A stretch of DNA of 64,000 bases, from NCBI GenBank assembly GCA_051294375.1, contig CM119266.1:11737609-11801608 (forward strand), written 5' to 3'. Within the stretch, counting starts at the first letter, position 1; the number at the start of each line of letters is the position of its first letter. Source of the stretch: Paraspadella gotoi (taxonomy: Eukaryota; Animalia; Chaetognatha). The translations under genes and the position numbers were made by a program. The notes below the pieces were generated by a model. The model ran no database searches and had not been told where the DNA came from. It saw nothing but the letters and a program-made list of their open reading frames with translations. This document shows, in pieces, positions 52,951-64,000 of the stretch.

Positions 52951-54407
52951 TTTTAAAAACAGTTTAAATAATTATAAAGATAGATTAAATATTAGTAATA
53001 ACGTCGGAGCTTTATTGAGAGAGAGAGAGAGACAGCGAGACGCGAGGAAAAAAAATGTCAAAAGGCGAATGAATTATAAAAAACGTTGAGAGATAAAAAC
53101 CTCTTCTCCTCTTATCTGTGAAATTTCGACTGGTTCGTTTGTGGAAAAGTACTGAAAATGAAAAAAACTAATCGTGCGCAATACTAAAAGGCGCAACATG
53201 TCTTTTCCTTTCCGGTAGTTACCTGTAGAGAATATTGACATTCTGACTTTTGTTATAAGTTTTTTGAAAGAATTTCTCGTGTTGAATTTCGTCATTTAGG
53301 AGGTTCGGTAAAAAATCATATTTTTATCTAAAGGTATTTATTAGCAAATACCATTTCTGACGGACAGTACCGCCTATGGTTACATACCTATGAAATTGGT
53401 ACAACCAGTATAAAAATTATCTATTCATTTAATAAATAAGCTATCTTGCCCCTGACTTTGGACAGGCTTTGGTGGTTTAAGGCCTCCAACACTCTTACAA
53501 GATAATGACATAGCAGGTCCCTGCAAGCTTTCAATCAAGACTCTCTCACAGCCTGGCTTCCCTATCGATGAAGTGGTATAATATTTCAAAGAATGTTTCA
53601 ATTGTATGAAAAGACCACTCCCATAAGTATTAGATCGGGGAATACTTATTGTACTCCGCACTAGCATCAAAATGGTAACAGGTATCATTTAGGATCTCCG
53701 AAACGAGCAAACGTAATCGTCGCGCGAATTCAGACGCTGAATAGTTAGATATATACGGAGATATTGAATAAACCCCCGACGTTCAAACTTCAAACCAAAA
53801 TTACAAATTGAAAAGAGAGAGGGAGAGAGAGAGAGTGAAGAGAAGACCGGAATTAACCGCCCCTCTGAGATAATCTCCAAGATCAGGGTTCACGAATCAA
53901 GGATCGGTGAATCAAGGATCTGTTTTGTTCCTCCTCCAAATTTTTAGCCCAGTTATAACCTCCGTTGCGAAACCTTTCACATTCGTCACGAGACGTAGAT
54001 GACGATGACGACGTAGATGACGAAGGACGACGTCCAACGTCCACGGTTCCTCATCTGTTCCGGTTCGCAGTTTACTAGAGAAGCTTTTGATGTCTGGCGG
54101 ACGAAAGCGGAGCACTAAACCCACGACCTTGGCCAGCGCTTAAATGTTGTGTCATATCCGAAGTTTTATGACCTCAATAAACAAGTTCCTGAACTCGTTA
54201 ATTTTTTTTCAACTTTTTCGAATGCGATTTCTTTGCGGAAATTTACATATTTTCGCGCTAATCCTTAGCAAGAGTACGTCGAGTCCCGCATGTAAAGTAT
54301 TTAAAGTATTTAAAGTTAAATCGCGTTATCGTTAAAGTTGGTTAAGATTGGTCCCGAAAATTTTTTTTCGGAACCACGATTTCAAGAATGTCATCGTGAA
54401 CTTGCAC

Positions 54408-54462
54408 AATGTATATTTATTTGTGCGGATCCAAGAGGTGCAGAGGGGAAAAAAGTTTTGTT

Positions 54463-54497
<35 letters not shown>

Positions 54498-54627
54498 AGT
54501 CCTTGTGTTTACTTATTCACTCTTACTTACTTACGATTTTGTATAATGTATATTTATTTTGTGCGGATCCAAGAGGTGCAGCAGGGGCAAAACGTTGTGT
54601 GTGTGTGAGGAGAGAGAGAGAGAGAAT

Positions 54628-54674
<47 letters not shown>

Positions 54675-54708
54675 GAGGAGAGAGAGAGAGGAGAGAGAGA
54701 CGAGAGAG

Positions 54709-54743
<35 letters not shown>

Positions 54744-54770
54744 TGTGCTTGTGTTTACTTACTCACTCTT
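54408..54770 (+). repeat. Local tandem duplication of a (GA)n-containing unit
   Basis: aatgtatatttatttgtgcggatccaagaggtgcag...(GA)n...ttgtgtttactta.tcactctt occurs twice (~54408-54525 and ~54545-54770). Confidence 0.8.
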
Positions 54771-55249
54771 CAGTGGAAACAGAAAACGGATAAATCGTTT
54801 TGTAAAAATTCGAATGATTAAATTCGCAACGAACTAGTAGTTTCGCGCTTTTTCAATTTAACAAACATTGTGAATGCTTTCTTTCGTTTAAGACTTACAA
54901 GCAAGTCGAAACATGTGCGTTATTAATTGTTTCTATTAAAAATCATTGTTTGTAAACAAAATACTTATTTTCTTCTCTCAAACAAATTTAACAAAGGAAT
55001 TCTCTTTCTTTCCTTTAGAAAAACTTTTGATGAAAATTTCGTCAAAAGTTAATTCTCATGGATTTTTTGGGGATCATTTTCATATTACACACACAATTCA
55101 TAATGCAAGTTTATTAGCATCTTAATAAATTTATACTATGTACATGACATTTTATAAAATAATTTTATCTCTATTATTTCCCTTTCATTCCTGCCGATTA
55201 TTTGAAAAATCGTTTTGATTCCAGCTCAGTTTTTCGTCGAAAAAATAAA

Positions 55250-58200
55250 ATGGCGCCGCTCGACGTTAAGACGAGTCTGACCTACAACGTGGACGACGGC
55301 GTCCCGAGATTTCAACACGCGAAGAAGATGGACAGAAAAGAGGAGGAATTAAGCAGTGAGTCTAAAAGGATGATGATTATGATTAAAGATTCGTTATTGA
55401 ATATTGATAGATTGATCGATCGATGATGTTAAGCCAAATATCGAGATCTTTATCTCCCCTCACATCCTCGCCAGGCGGAACCAAAAAGGTGAAGGAGGTG
55501 GTGATTCGCGACGCCCGCGACGCCGATCTGGACTTCGACCTCGCCGGGTTCCAACTGGTCCACCACCCGCTTCCGATGAAGACCGAGGACTTTTATGATA
55601 ACGAGAAGGTTCGAACCTACCAATTTCTGTTTCTAACGTAAACTTTTAACTGAATTTTATGTTTTAAACCAGTTTTTCAGCTAATCCCATTAAGCATCCC
55701 ATTACGATGTATGAAGTAGAGTCGATTCGAGTGCACTAATAGAGAATCGATTAGTTTGTGATTCTGCAAAGACGGAATTTCAATTATTTTTCGTTGTCAT
55801 GAGGTTCACCAAATTATTTTGTAATTATAGCTTCAACCCTCGAGAGTTAGGCGTTCCGATAACCGTTAATTTTGAGAAATTCGCTTAACCGTTTAAAACT
55901 AATATTTTTTAACGGTTAACCGTTAAAATCGGTTAATTTTATAATTTAACTTTAAAATATTATTATTTTAAATCAAATAAAGTATTTAATGGTATTTTAT
56001 CTTTAACTCTTGCTCCTGAATCTTTTTTATCTTCTATTTCAGATAGATAGATTTTAGTTAGTAAATGAAAAATTGGTTTAGCAAACTATTTAACATCTAC
56101 CTATGATAATTAGCTAATTCAGATAATGGCATCGTATAAATCTTACTTTACAAAAAACTTTTTCTTTTGCGCTCATAGCATAATTATAAATATATAACAA
56201 AGGACAAAGAAAGAAAAAAATCACAATGTATATTCTAAATTCTATGTTTTGTTTTTTTTTTCTCTTTTTCTCTTTTTTCGTATAGTCTCTTCATTATTGT
56301 TTCTAGTTGTTAGTTTCTTGAACACTTGTTTTTTCTTGTTTTATTTTTCATAACCCATAACCAATTAAATTATAAATTGATGATATTAATTTTTTGATGA
56401 ATGTTTGATGTGATAGATTGATCCAAAGATTTATTTTTTATTTAAATTTTTTTTAGTTTTATTAAAAAATATATCATGATTGAGAAAGTTTGTTAGCCTT
56501 AATGTCTTTTTAATTAGGTTTGCCTTCTATTATTAAAAAAATAGCAAATATATTATTTATATAAGAGAAAATGTATGCAAAACTTATTGCATGTGCATAT
56601 ATTTTTTTTTATATATTATATTGTCAATATATTCCTTGATGTAAATGCATAAAAATTTAATTGAAAGGAGAAAAAGAAACGAAAAAAAAATTGGGATGAA
56701 AATAAGTAAGAGAAAAAGAAAAAAACCACTGGAAGGAAGAAAAAAATAAAAAAGGGTAAAGAAAAGGGGAAAAAATGAGAGAAAAGAAAGGGGAAAAAGG
56801 AGGGGAAAAAGGAGGAAAAGAGAAGAGAAAAAAAAGAAAGGTACTGAATGAGGAGATTAAGTATAGAAAAAAGATTAAAGCGTTTGAAAAAATAACAAAG
56901 GAAAAAATAGGTAAAATGAAAAAGAGAGAGAGAGGTGAAAAAATATGGCGAGAAAAGAGAAAGAGAATAAGAGACGACAAGAAAAAAATACTTTTCTTTT
57001 AAAAAATAAAAGATTTATACCAAAAAATAAAAAAAATCATATAAAATTACACGAAATTTTAACAGTTAAAATAAATATTAACGAGTGAGGTTAAAATATT
57101 TTTAACCGTTTATTAACCGTTAACTGTTATAACGGTTATCGTAACCCTACTCGAAGCTTCGCAATCGTCACGTAATTGCATTTTTTTCTCTCAAATTCGA
57201 ATCAAATCAATCGTCATGAGCTTTTGATTGTCCATCTACGATTTAAAAAAAAAATTACTACGCTCGCCAACTAACTTGTTTCTTCGTCAAAACATAAATT
57301 ATCAACATGACTGCAATATGCAAATGACTTTTTTCTAACTTGAAAAAAAAATTGACAGATATGTGTTCAGTTTCAGTTTCATAACTTTTTATACGTATTC
57401 ACAAGTCTCAAAGCAATGAAGTTTATTCCCAAGTCTATTTAAGTATGGAAATTGGTCAAATATATCCATCGGGAACCAAGAAATAGTATCAAAAAATGTT
57501 TTCTATTTTTAGGTGCGGAAGGTGTATTACCCTCAAATTGCTGACATGATTAAAAGAGCCACTGGCGCCGAAAGGGTCGACATTTTTCATCATCAAGTGA
57601 GGAACGTTGCAAAAAAGACGGGGGGCAACGACGTCGGAGACAACACCAAGATTCAGGGTAAGTTATGACAAGGTGTAAAAGATGTACAATATTAAGGCTA
57701 AACTGTTTTTAATTAAAAAATAATCTTAGAAGTGTAAATTGATATCTACTAAGGCGCTGAACAAGTTCTGTAAATATAAATAATAATAGATTGTGGCGAA
57801 TCCTAAATTCACCTCCCGTATAGGTTGGTGAAACTCGGCTCGTCCCAGTGGCTTGGACAGCTAAGTACTCGTTCACCATCCGTGAGTTACGTCCTCTCAA
57901 GGTCACGCTGATTAAAGAGTGATGGTGTCTATTCCAACCCTGCCCTGAACTCAGAGCGCCAGGGCAGTCAGCGCCAGCAGTCGGGAGATTCCTCCCACCC
58001 CGGGCATCTTACATGTCTTCCCGTTACTATAAGATAAATAAAAAAAATAATCGTCTCTCCTTTAAATTTTAGTACAGTTTGCTAAAATAATGAGGTGTAT
58101 TTTTCTATTCCCTACTTCAGGTTACGCCCCCGTAATCCACACCGACACCAGCGAAGAGGCGGCCAACCGTGCCTTCGCCTTCATGGCCTCCAGTCTGCCG

Positions 58201-58886
58201 GGCCGCTACTCCAAGGGCCGTTTCCTCTATTGCAACGCCTGGCGAAGCATCGACGGCGACAATCCAATCTACGATAACTCGTTGGCGATGCTGGACGCTG
58301 CGTCGGTGCGGCCCGGCGACGCGCTGCCGCTGGATTTTTTTTCGTGAGTTAAAGAGCATAAAATTCGAGAAATTCTAGGTAAATTATAAACAGGATCAAT
58401 ATCCACACTTTAGATACATTAAACATAAAAAAAACCACATCATTAGAGTATTTATTTCTTCCGCTCCATCTTCCGCCCACACCGTCAAGCTTCAACCCCA
58501 ACATGAAGCGCGAGGTCAAGGTGCTCCAGTATCGCCTCAACGAGCGGAGCAGCGACGCCCACCGGTGGTACTACTTTTCGCAGATGACGAAGGACGAGGC
58601 GCTGCTCTTCAAGCAGTGGGACTCGGATCCGGCACGACCGGCCCGCTCCACCTTCCACACGGCCTTCAAGGATCCGGCGGCCTCGCCCTCGGCGCCTTCG
58701 CGTCAGTCCATCGAGGTTCGCGCCATGGCGTACTTTCCCGACCACGCCCCGAATACGTGCCCGACAGGGAAAGTCTATATCGTCTGGGCGACCATGAAGG
58801 CGAAAAAGTTAGGGTTGGTGGCGGCGGTGGGGGCTGTGGCGGCGGCCGCGGCCGCGGCCGTTTATTGGTGGATGTATAGATCGTGA
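55250..58886 (+). CDS. CmcJ/NvfI/AsaB-like non-heme Fe(II)/2-oxoglutarate oxygenase with a C-terminal TM tail
   Basis: Exons 55250-55355, 55475-55608, 57513-57657, 58121-58343 and 58490-58886 join in frame. Family motifs: VIRDAR..FDLAGFQL, DFYD..VRKVYYP, TGAERVDIFHHQVR, VIHTD, NAWRSI, LAMLD, HRWYYFSQMTKDEALLFKQWDS, FHTAFKDP, RQSIEVR. Confidence 0.85.
55848..57149. mobile_element. Non-autonomous TIR DNA transposon (hAT-like) in intron 2 of the oxygenase
   Basis: TIRs TAGGCGTTCCGATAACCGTTA and TAACGGTTATCGTAACCCTA, subterminal arrays of TAACCGTT, and a degenerate TSD (ctcgagag / ctcgaagc). Confidence 0.7.
57792..58030 (+). mobile_element. Structured short interspersed element, family B
   Basis: GC-rich intronic island with a 5' hairpin GGCGAAT-cctaa-ATTCACC and stems TGGTGAA/TTCACCA, CTGCCCTG/CAGGGCAG and GGGAG/CTCCC. 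A partial second copy lies at 41242. Confidence 0.55.
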
Positions 58887-59674
58887 AAAGAACGAAAAGT
58901 AAGGCTGGGTGGGTGCGGCTGATTCCTCGACTGTTAGTTTTTAATTGATTACAATTTGAAGATGGGATACTTTATCTCTTTTTTTTTTCATTTTGATTTT
59001 TTCAATGATTTACAATTTTAAAAATTTTATAACAAGCCTACTAATTTTGTAAACTTTTGTAAAAATCGGGATGTGTATTTAGGTGCCCTCTCTGTGTCGA
59101 TGTCTGAAACTTTGATCAATCAACAAAAGATTTCGGATTTTGGATTCCTTGATAACGATACTAATATTTAGTTTTGGTCTTTGTCAATAGAACGAGAATA
59201 AAGATTCATTAATAGCCATTTGATGTTTTCAGTTGCTTAAAGCGAACAGCATTTATAGTTATTTTATATAGTATTCATCATATCTATACGTAATCAATAA
59301 TCAGTTAAAATTATCTAGAATGTATCGTTACGTAAATTAGTTTAGAATCAGCATCATATTTTTGAATTAAGGATTCAGATTTTTAGATTCTGGATTCAGG
59401 TTCCGACCAAAACCGCAAGAATCACCGTCGGCAATAAACGTCTCGATATCAAAGTCACCGACGTTTCTTTTCTTTCTTTTATTTTTTAAATCAAGTTTTT
59501 TTTTTTGTTTTTTTTTCTTCACGTCTACATCAGAGTGATTCAGTTTTTATTCTTTTTTGTCTTTATGGAAAAAGTTTTATATGTTAATTTTACTTTTTTT
59601 TTTCTAACACCCGGTCGTCTTTTTCTCAAAATCGCATCATTTACCATTTTCTGTACCCCATTCCTCTCCTCTCT

Positions 59675-59762
<88 letters not shown>

Positions 59763-60248
59763 TCTCTCTCTCACTTTCTTTTTTTCTTTCTCTCTTTTTT
59801 CGCCCACCCCATCGGATTTTGGAATCGGCCAAGAAACCCAAAGACTTTTCTACCTCAGGGAAAAGTTTTTGATTCCCCGCCACACAAGAAGAAAAAAAAA
59901 GAAACAAAAAAGAAAAAGAAAAGAAAGGGAAGAAAACGATGAAAGTTTTGAGAAAAGATGACAAGATTTTTAATGTAATTTTGACTTGAGAAATTCGGAT
60001 AACCAGTGCAAGAACAAAAACGTGGCATAATTAACCACAGAGAAAGAAAGAGAAGAATATCGAGCGAGAATTTAAATTTAAGTACATTAAGGTTAGGTTT
60101 TAAAATTTGCACATTATAAATTAAAAAAAGAAAAAAGCGTGAAACGAAATTTTCTAATTTTTTTTCTTTTTTTCTTTTTCCTTTTAATTTTCCCCAAAGA
60201 AAAGAAGTAATTCAATCGAGTTCTTCTCTCCTTACGTGAAACGAGAGT

Positions 60249-60311
<63 letters not shown>

Positions 60312-60881
60312 CCACCGAGATAAATTCGTATTTTTTGAGTAATTATATATCATATTTCATCTCATCCGAAATCGATTTTACCGCCACGTTCTCACTCATC
60401 GTTTCTTCGCTCATCTTCTCATCAAACCTTAATATTATTACTCACCTTCGTTTCTCTCCAACTCTTCCGTTGAATATTTAACTTAAATCTTTAGTTAAAC
60501 CATACATTGATATGCATATAAACTTTATAGTAGAGAAATGTATTTTTCGCGGTTTATTTTTGGAAATTGTTGTGCTTAAAAATTTCAATCTTGTATCAAT
60601 GAAAATTATTTCATTTCGGAATTGAAGTTTTTTCTTATATGTGTAACTTTTTAACTTAATAAAAAACTATTATTTTAAATCGAATTTAATTTAATCTAAT
60701 CAATTTAAAAATTCCATAAGTCTTTCATTCCGCTATGAATCGTATGTACGATTTAGATAAATACAATGATCCTCCTAAAAGGCTACTTCCTACTACATCT
60801 TTATTCGCCATTTCCATTCGCCATTTCCATTCGCTTTTCTTTTTTTTTAAAACTACGGAAAGAGAAAAAAATACCGTAAAC

Positions 60882-60976
60882 GGCAGTTGCACAGGATTCG
60901 AACTTGGCGAGGAAGACGTAACTGAATCCTACAGATCGCCTCTCTTAACCAACGTCTCTCTCTGGCCAAACACTGC
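60882..60976 (-). pseudogene. Degenerate class II (Ser/Leu-like) tRNA
   Basis: The minus strand reads GCAGTG..TGGCC...TGGTTAAG...GTTCGAATCCTGTGCAACTGCC, with acceptor stem GCAGT/ACTGC. Many indels make the anticodon unreadable. Confidence 0.45.
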
Positions 60977-61092
60977 TGGTTCTATGCAGAACTTGATACT
61001 AAATCTATCATGTCCTCTCGTCAATTCAGTATGAAGTTTTATTATAAAAATTTTAGAATTTCCCCTGAACAGTTTTTCTTTAATAAAAGAGG

Positions 61093-61167
61093 CTCCCCGG
61101 CGGGAATCGAACCCCGGTTCTCTCGCGTGACAGGCGAAGGGAATACTCACACTATACTAACCGAGGA
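61093..61167 (-). tRNA. tRNA-Asp(GTC), with small indels (sequence error or pseudogene)
   Basis: TCCTCGGTTAGTATAGTGTGAGTATTCCCTTCGCCT-GTC-ACGCGAGAGAACCGGGGTTCGATTCCCGCCGGGGAG, followed by a T4 terminator-like run. Confidence 0.85.
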
Positions 61168-61841
61168 CTTGATTTCCAACTTGTTTTTTCAAAGCGAGAG
61201 TCTTTTTAAAACAGTGATGCAAACAGCGAATAGAAGTTGAAAAATATTGAAATAAAAAGTTTAAGTGGTAATACAGTGTATATTTTAATTTGTTTGGATC
61301 TAGATACCTCGAGTTGCTTGGTTATCCCATACTAAACAATGACTCCGGCGTGAAGCCAATCCACCAAGTTGGATCAGTGAGCGCAACAACGGGGCGATCT
61401 TCAATTAAATTAACAGTTATAAAATGGTTATAAAATTTTATAAATTATATAAAGATTTGTCATGGAATGTAATTAGTGATTATCAATATAACAATTAGCA
61501 ATTTTAATCCAAACTGGCGATAACAACGAAACAATTTTCAGTTCCTTCTTGAAAAAAATACTACTTAGTTAATTTTAGTATGAGTAAGAGATTTAAGTAC
61601 TTTAGTATATAAAATTTATTTAATACATTTCTACTAGACGACTATAATTCAAATCGCGTGTATCGATTCCCCACAATATATCGTGCAAATCATTAAGCGC
61701 CCACGCAAAACCTCAACGTAATACAGATTGTGCTAATAAGCCACTGGACCCCGCGGGCAATTCGGGCCCTTTGCAAGGCCCCCGCCGCGGCGGTGGTTGG
61801 GAGAGGAGCGTCGGGAGAAGGGGAGAAGGAGTGAGAGAGTG

Positions 61842-62225
61842 AAAATGGCGAATGGAAATGGCGAATATGAAAATGGCGAGATTGAGATAGCGGCAGGAAT
61901 GGGCGATGGAACTGAACGAATGTAAATAGACGGAAAAATTGGCGAAATGGAAATGGTGAATGGAAATGGCGAATGGAGGCGAAAAAGAAATGGGCCCAAG
62001 GAAAAATGGCGAATGGAGAATAGCGGATGAAAATGGCGGAAAAAGAAATAAGACGAATCAAAATGGCGACTGGAAATGGCGAATGGAAGGTAAAATGGAA
62101 TAGGGCAAATTATGAAATGGCGAAATGAAATGGCAGAAATGGAAAATGGCAAAATGGAATGGCAGCGAATAAGAGAATGGCAAAGACGAAATGCGAATGG
62201 AAATGGGAATGAAATGGCGAATAAA
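61842..62225. repeat. Degenerate 13-bp minisatellite (aaatggcgaatgg)
   Basis: Tandem variants; a short reverse-complement copy at 60804-60834 marks the inner end of the left arm. Confidence 0.8.
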
Positions 62226-62747
62226 GATGAAGTATGGAAGTAGCCTTTTAGGAGGACATGTATTTAATCTAAATACGTACATAGACGAATTCATAGCGAG
62301 AAATGAAGACTTAATGAATTTTTAAATTGATAGATTAAATTAAATCGAATTTAAAAATAATAGTTTTTATAAGTTAAAAAGTACACATATAAGAAAAACT
62401 TCAATTCCGAAATGAAAAATAATTTCATTGATACAAGATGAAATTTTTTAAGCAACAAACATTTTCACAAAGAATAAACCGCGAAAAAAAAAAATAACAT
62501 TTCTCCTACTATAAAGTTTATATGCATATCAAATGTATGGTTTAACTAAAGATTTAAGTTAAAATTCAACGGAAGAGTTGGAGAGAAACGAAAAGGGAGT
62601 ATAATATTAAGGTTTGATGAGAAGATGATCGAAGAAACGATGAGTGAGAGATGTGGCGGTAAAATCGCTTTCGGATGAGATGAATATGATATATCAATTA
62701 CTCAAAAAATACGAATTTATCTCGGTGGGAGAGAGAGAGAGAGAGAG

Positions 62748-62804
<57 letters not shown>

Positions 62805-63316
62805 TAGAGAAGAGAGAGAGAGAGAGAGTTTTTACTCTCGTTTCACTAAGGAGAGAAGAACTCGATTGAATTACTTCTTTCTTTGGGGAAATTAAAAGGA
62901 AAGAAAAAAAGAAAAAAAATTAGAAAATTTCCGTTCACACGCTTTTTTCTTTTTTTAATTTATAATGTGCAAATTTTAAACCTACCTTAATGTACTTAAA
63001 TTTAAATTCTCGCTCGAATTCTTCTCTTTTCTTTCTCTGTGTGTTAATTATGCCACGTTTTTGTTTCTTGCACTGGTTATCCGAATTTCTCAAGTCAAAA
63101 TTACATTAAAAATCTTGTAATCTTTTCTCAAAACTTTCATCGTTTCTATCCTTCTTTTTTTTTCTATTTTTGTTTCTTTTTTTTTTTTCTTCGTTGTGGC
63201 GGGGAATCAAAAAAACTTTTCCTCGAGGTAGAAAAGTCTTTGGTTTTCTTGGCCGATTCCAAAATCCGATGGGTGGGCGAAAAAAGAGAAGAAGAAAAAA
63301 AGAAAGTGAGAGAGAG

Positions 63317-63375
<59 letters not shown>

Positions 63376-64000
63376 AAAGAGAGAGAGAAGAGAGAGAGAG
63401 AGGAATGGGGTACAGAAAATGGTAAATGTATCGATTTTGAGAAAAAGACCGACCGGGTGTTTAGAAAAAAAAAAGTAAAATTAACATATAAAACTTTTTC
63501 CATAAAGACAAAAAGAATAAAACTGAATCACAATGCTGATTAGACGTGAAGAAAAAAAACAAAAAAAAACTTAATTTAAAATAATAAAAGAAGAAAAAAA
63601 AACGTCGGTGACTTTGATATCGAGACGTTTATTGCCGACGGTGAATTCTTGCGGTTTTGGTCGGAACCTGAATCCAGAATCTACAAAATCTGAATCCTTA
63701 ATTCAAAAATATGATGCTGATTCTAAACTAATTTACGTAACGATACATTCTGATAATTTTAACTGATTATTGATTACGTTAGATTATGATGAATACTATA
63801 TAAAATAATATAACATGCTGTCCGCTTTTAAGCAACTGAAAACATTCAAATGGGCTTACTTAACGCTGAACTTTATTCACTCGTTCTAATTGACAAAGAC
63901 CAACGAATATAATATAGGTAATCGGTTATCAAGGAGAATGTCAAAACATTCGAAATCATTTTGTTGATATGATGCAACAGTTTCAGCGACCTATCTGCAC

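Larger units (their letters stand above)
59090..64000. repeat. Large inverted duplication: arms ~59090-60830 and ~62200-64000 around a ~1.4 kb spacer
   Basis: For example, 59400-59463 (gttccgaccaaaaccgcaag...gtcaccgacg) is the reverse complement of ~63602-63667. The arms differ by many small indels, increasing towards the window end. Confidence 0.9.

Noticed and set aside
51182-53089. Plus-strand ORFs overlapping ABAT (and similar antisense ORFs over IP3K, SLC22 and the 44 kb gene)
   Set aside because: Shadow ORFs caused by high GC3 on the coding strand; no motifs.
53330-54170. Possible gene or transposase fragment between ABAT and the oxygenase
   Set aside because: No consistent frame or recognisable motif on either strand.
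51137-58886. ABAT plus the oxygenase as a 2-oxoglutarate/succinate metabolic cluster
   Set aside because: Divergent adjacency and a shared co-substrate are the only support; ABAT is a housekeeping gene.

Overview
AT-rich, microsatellite-rich, intron-containing eukaryotic DNA, most likely from an invertebrate animal (species not determinable). The assembly is draft quality: there are two N gaps, indel-rich stretches at about 1-11 kb and 59-64 kb, a duplicated segment next to the first gap and a large inverted duplication at the right end. Spliced genes reconstructed by eye: a P-loop sulfotransferase-like protein (-), an SLC22-type MFS transporter (-), a ~20 kb soluble adenylyl cyclase (ADCY10/sAC-like, -), two uncharacterised coiled-coil genes (-), a catalytic-domain-only inositol-trisphosphate 3-kinase (+), GABA aminotransferase ABAT (-), and an intron-containing CmcJ/NvfI/AsaB-like Fe(II)/2OG oxygenase with a C-terminal hydrophobic tail (+). 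The sAC introns carry a deleted Ty3/Gypsy element with LTRs, PBS, PPT and TSD, a solo LTR with half a tRNA-Lys as its PBS, Helentron-type (HINE) elements, a nested antisense zinc-finger pseudogene, and three copies of a structured tRNA-derived element. Best leads: (1) the oxygenase as a candidate horizontally acquired, domesticated gene; (2) the sAC with both bicarbonate-site residues changed to Asn; (3) a set of hairpin-capped tRNA-derived structured elements with a shared architecture; (4) a Penelope-type minimal hammerhead core in the loop of a 48-bp inverted repeat. All alignments to known proteins are from memory, and exon borders are manual estimates.
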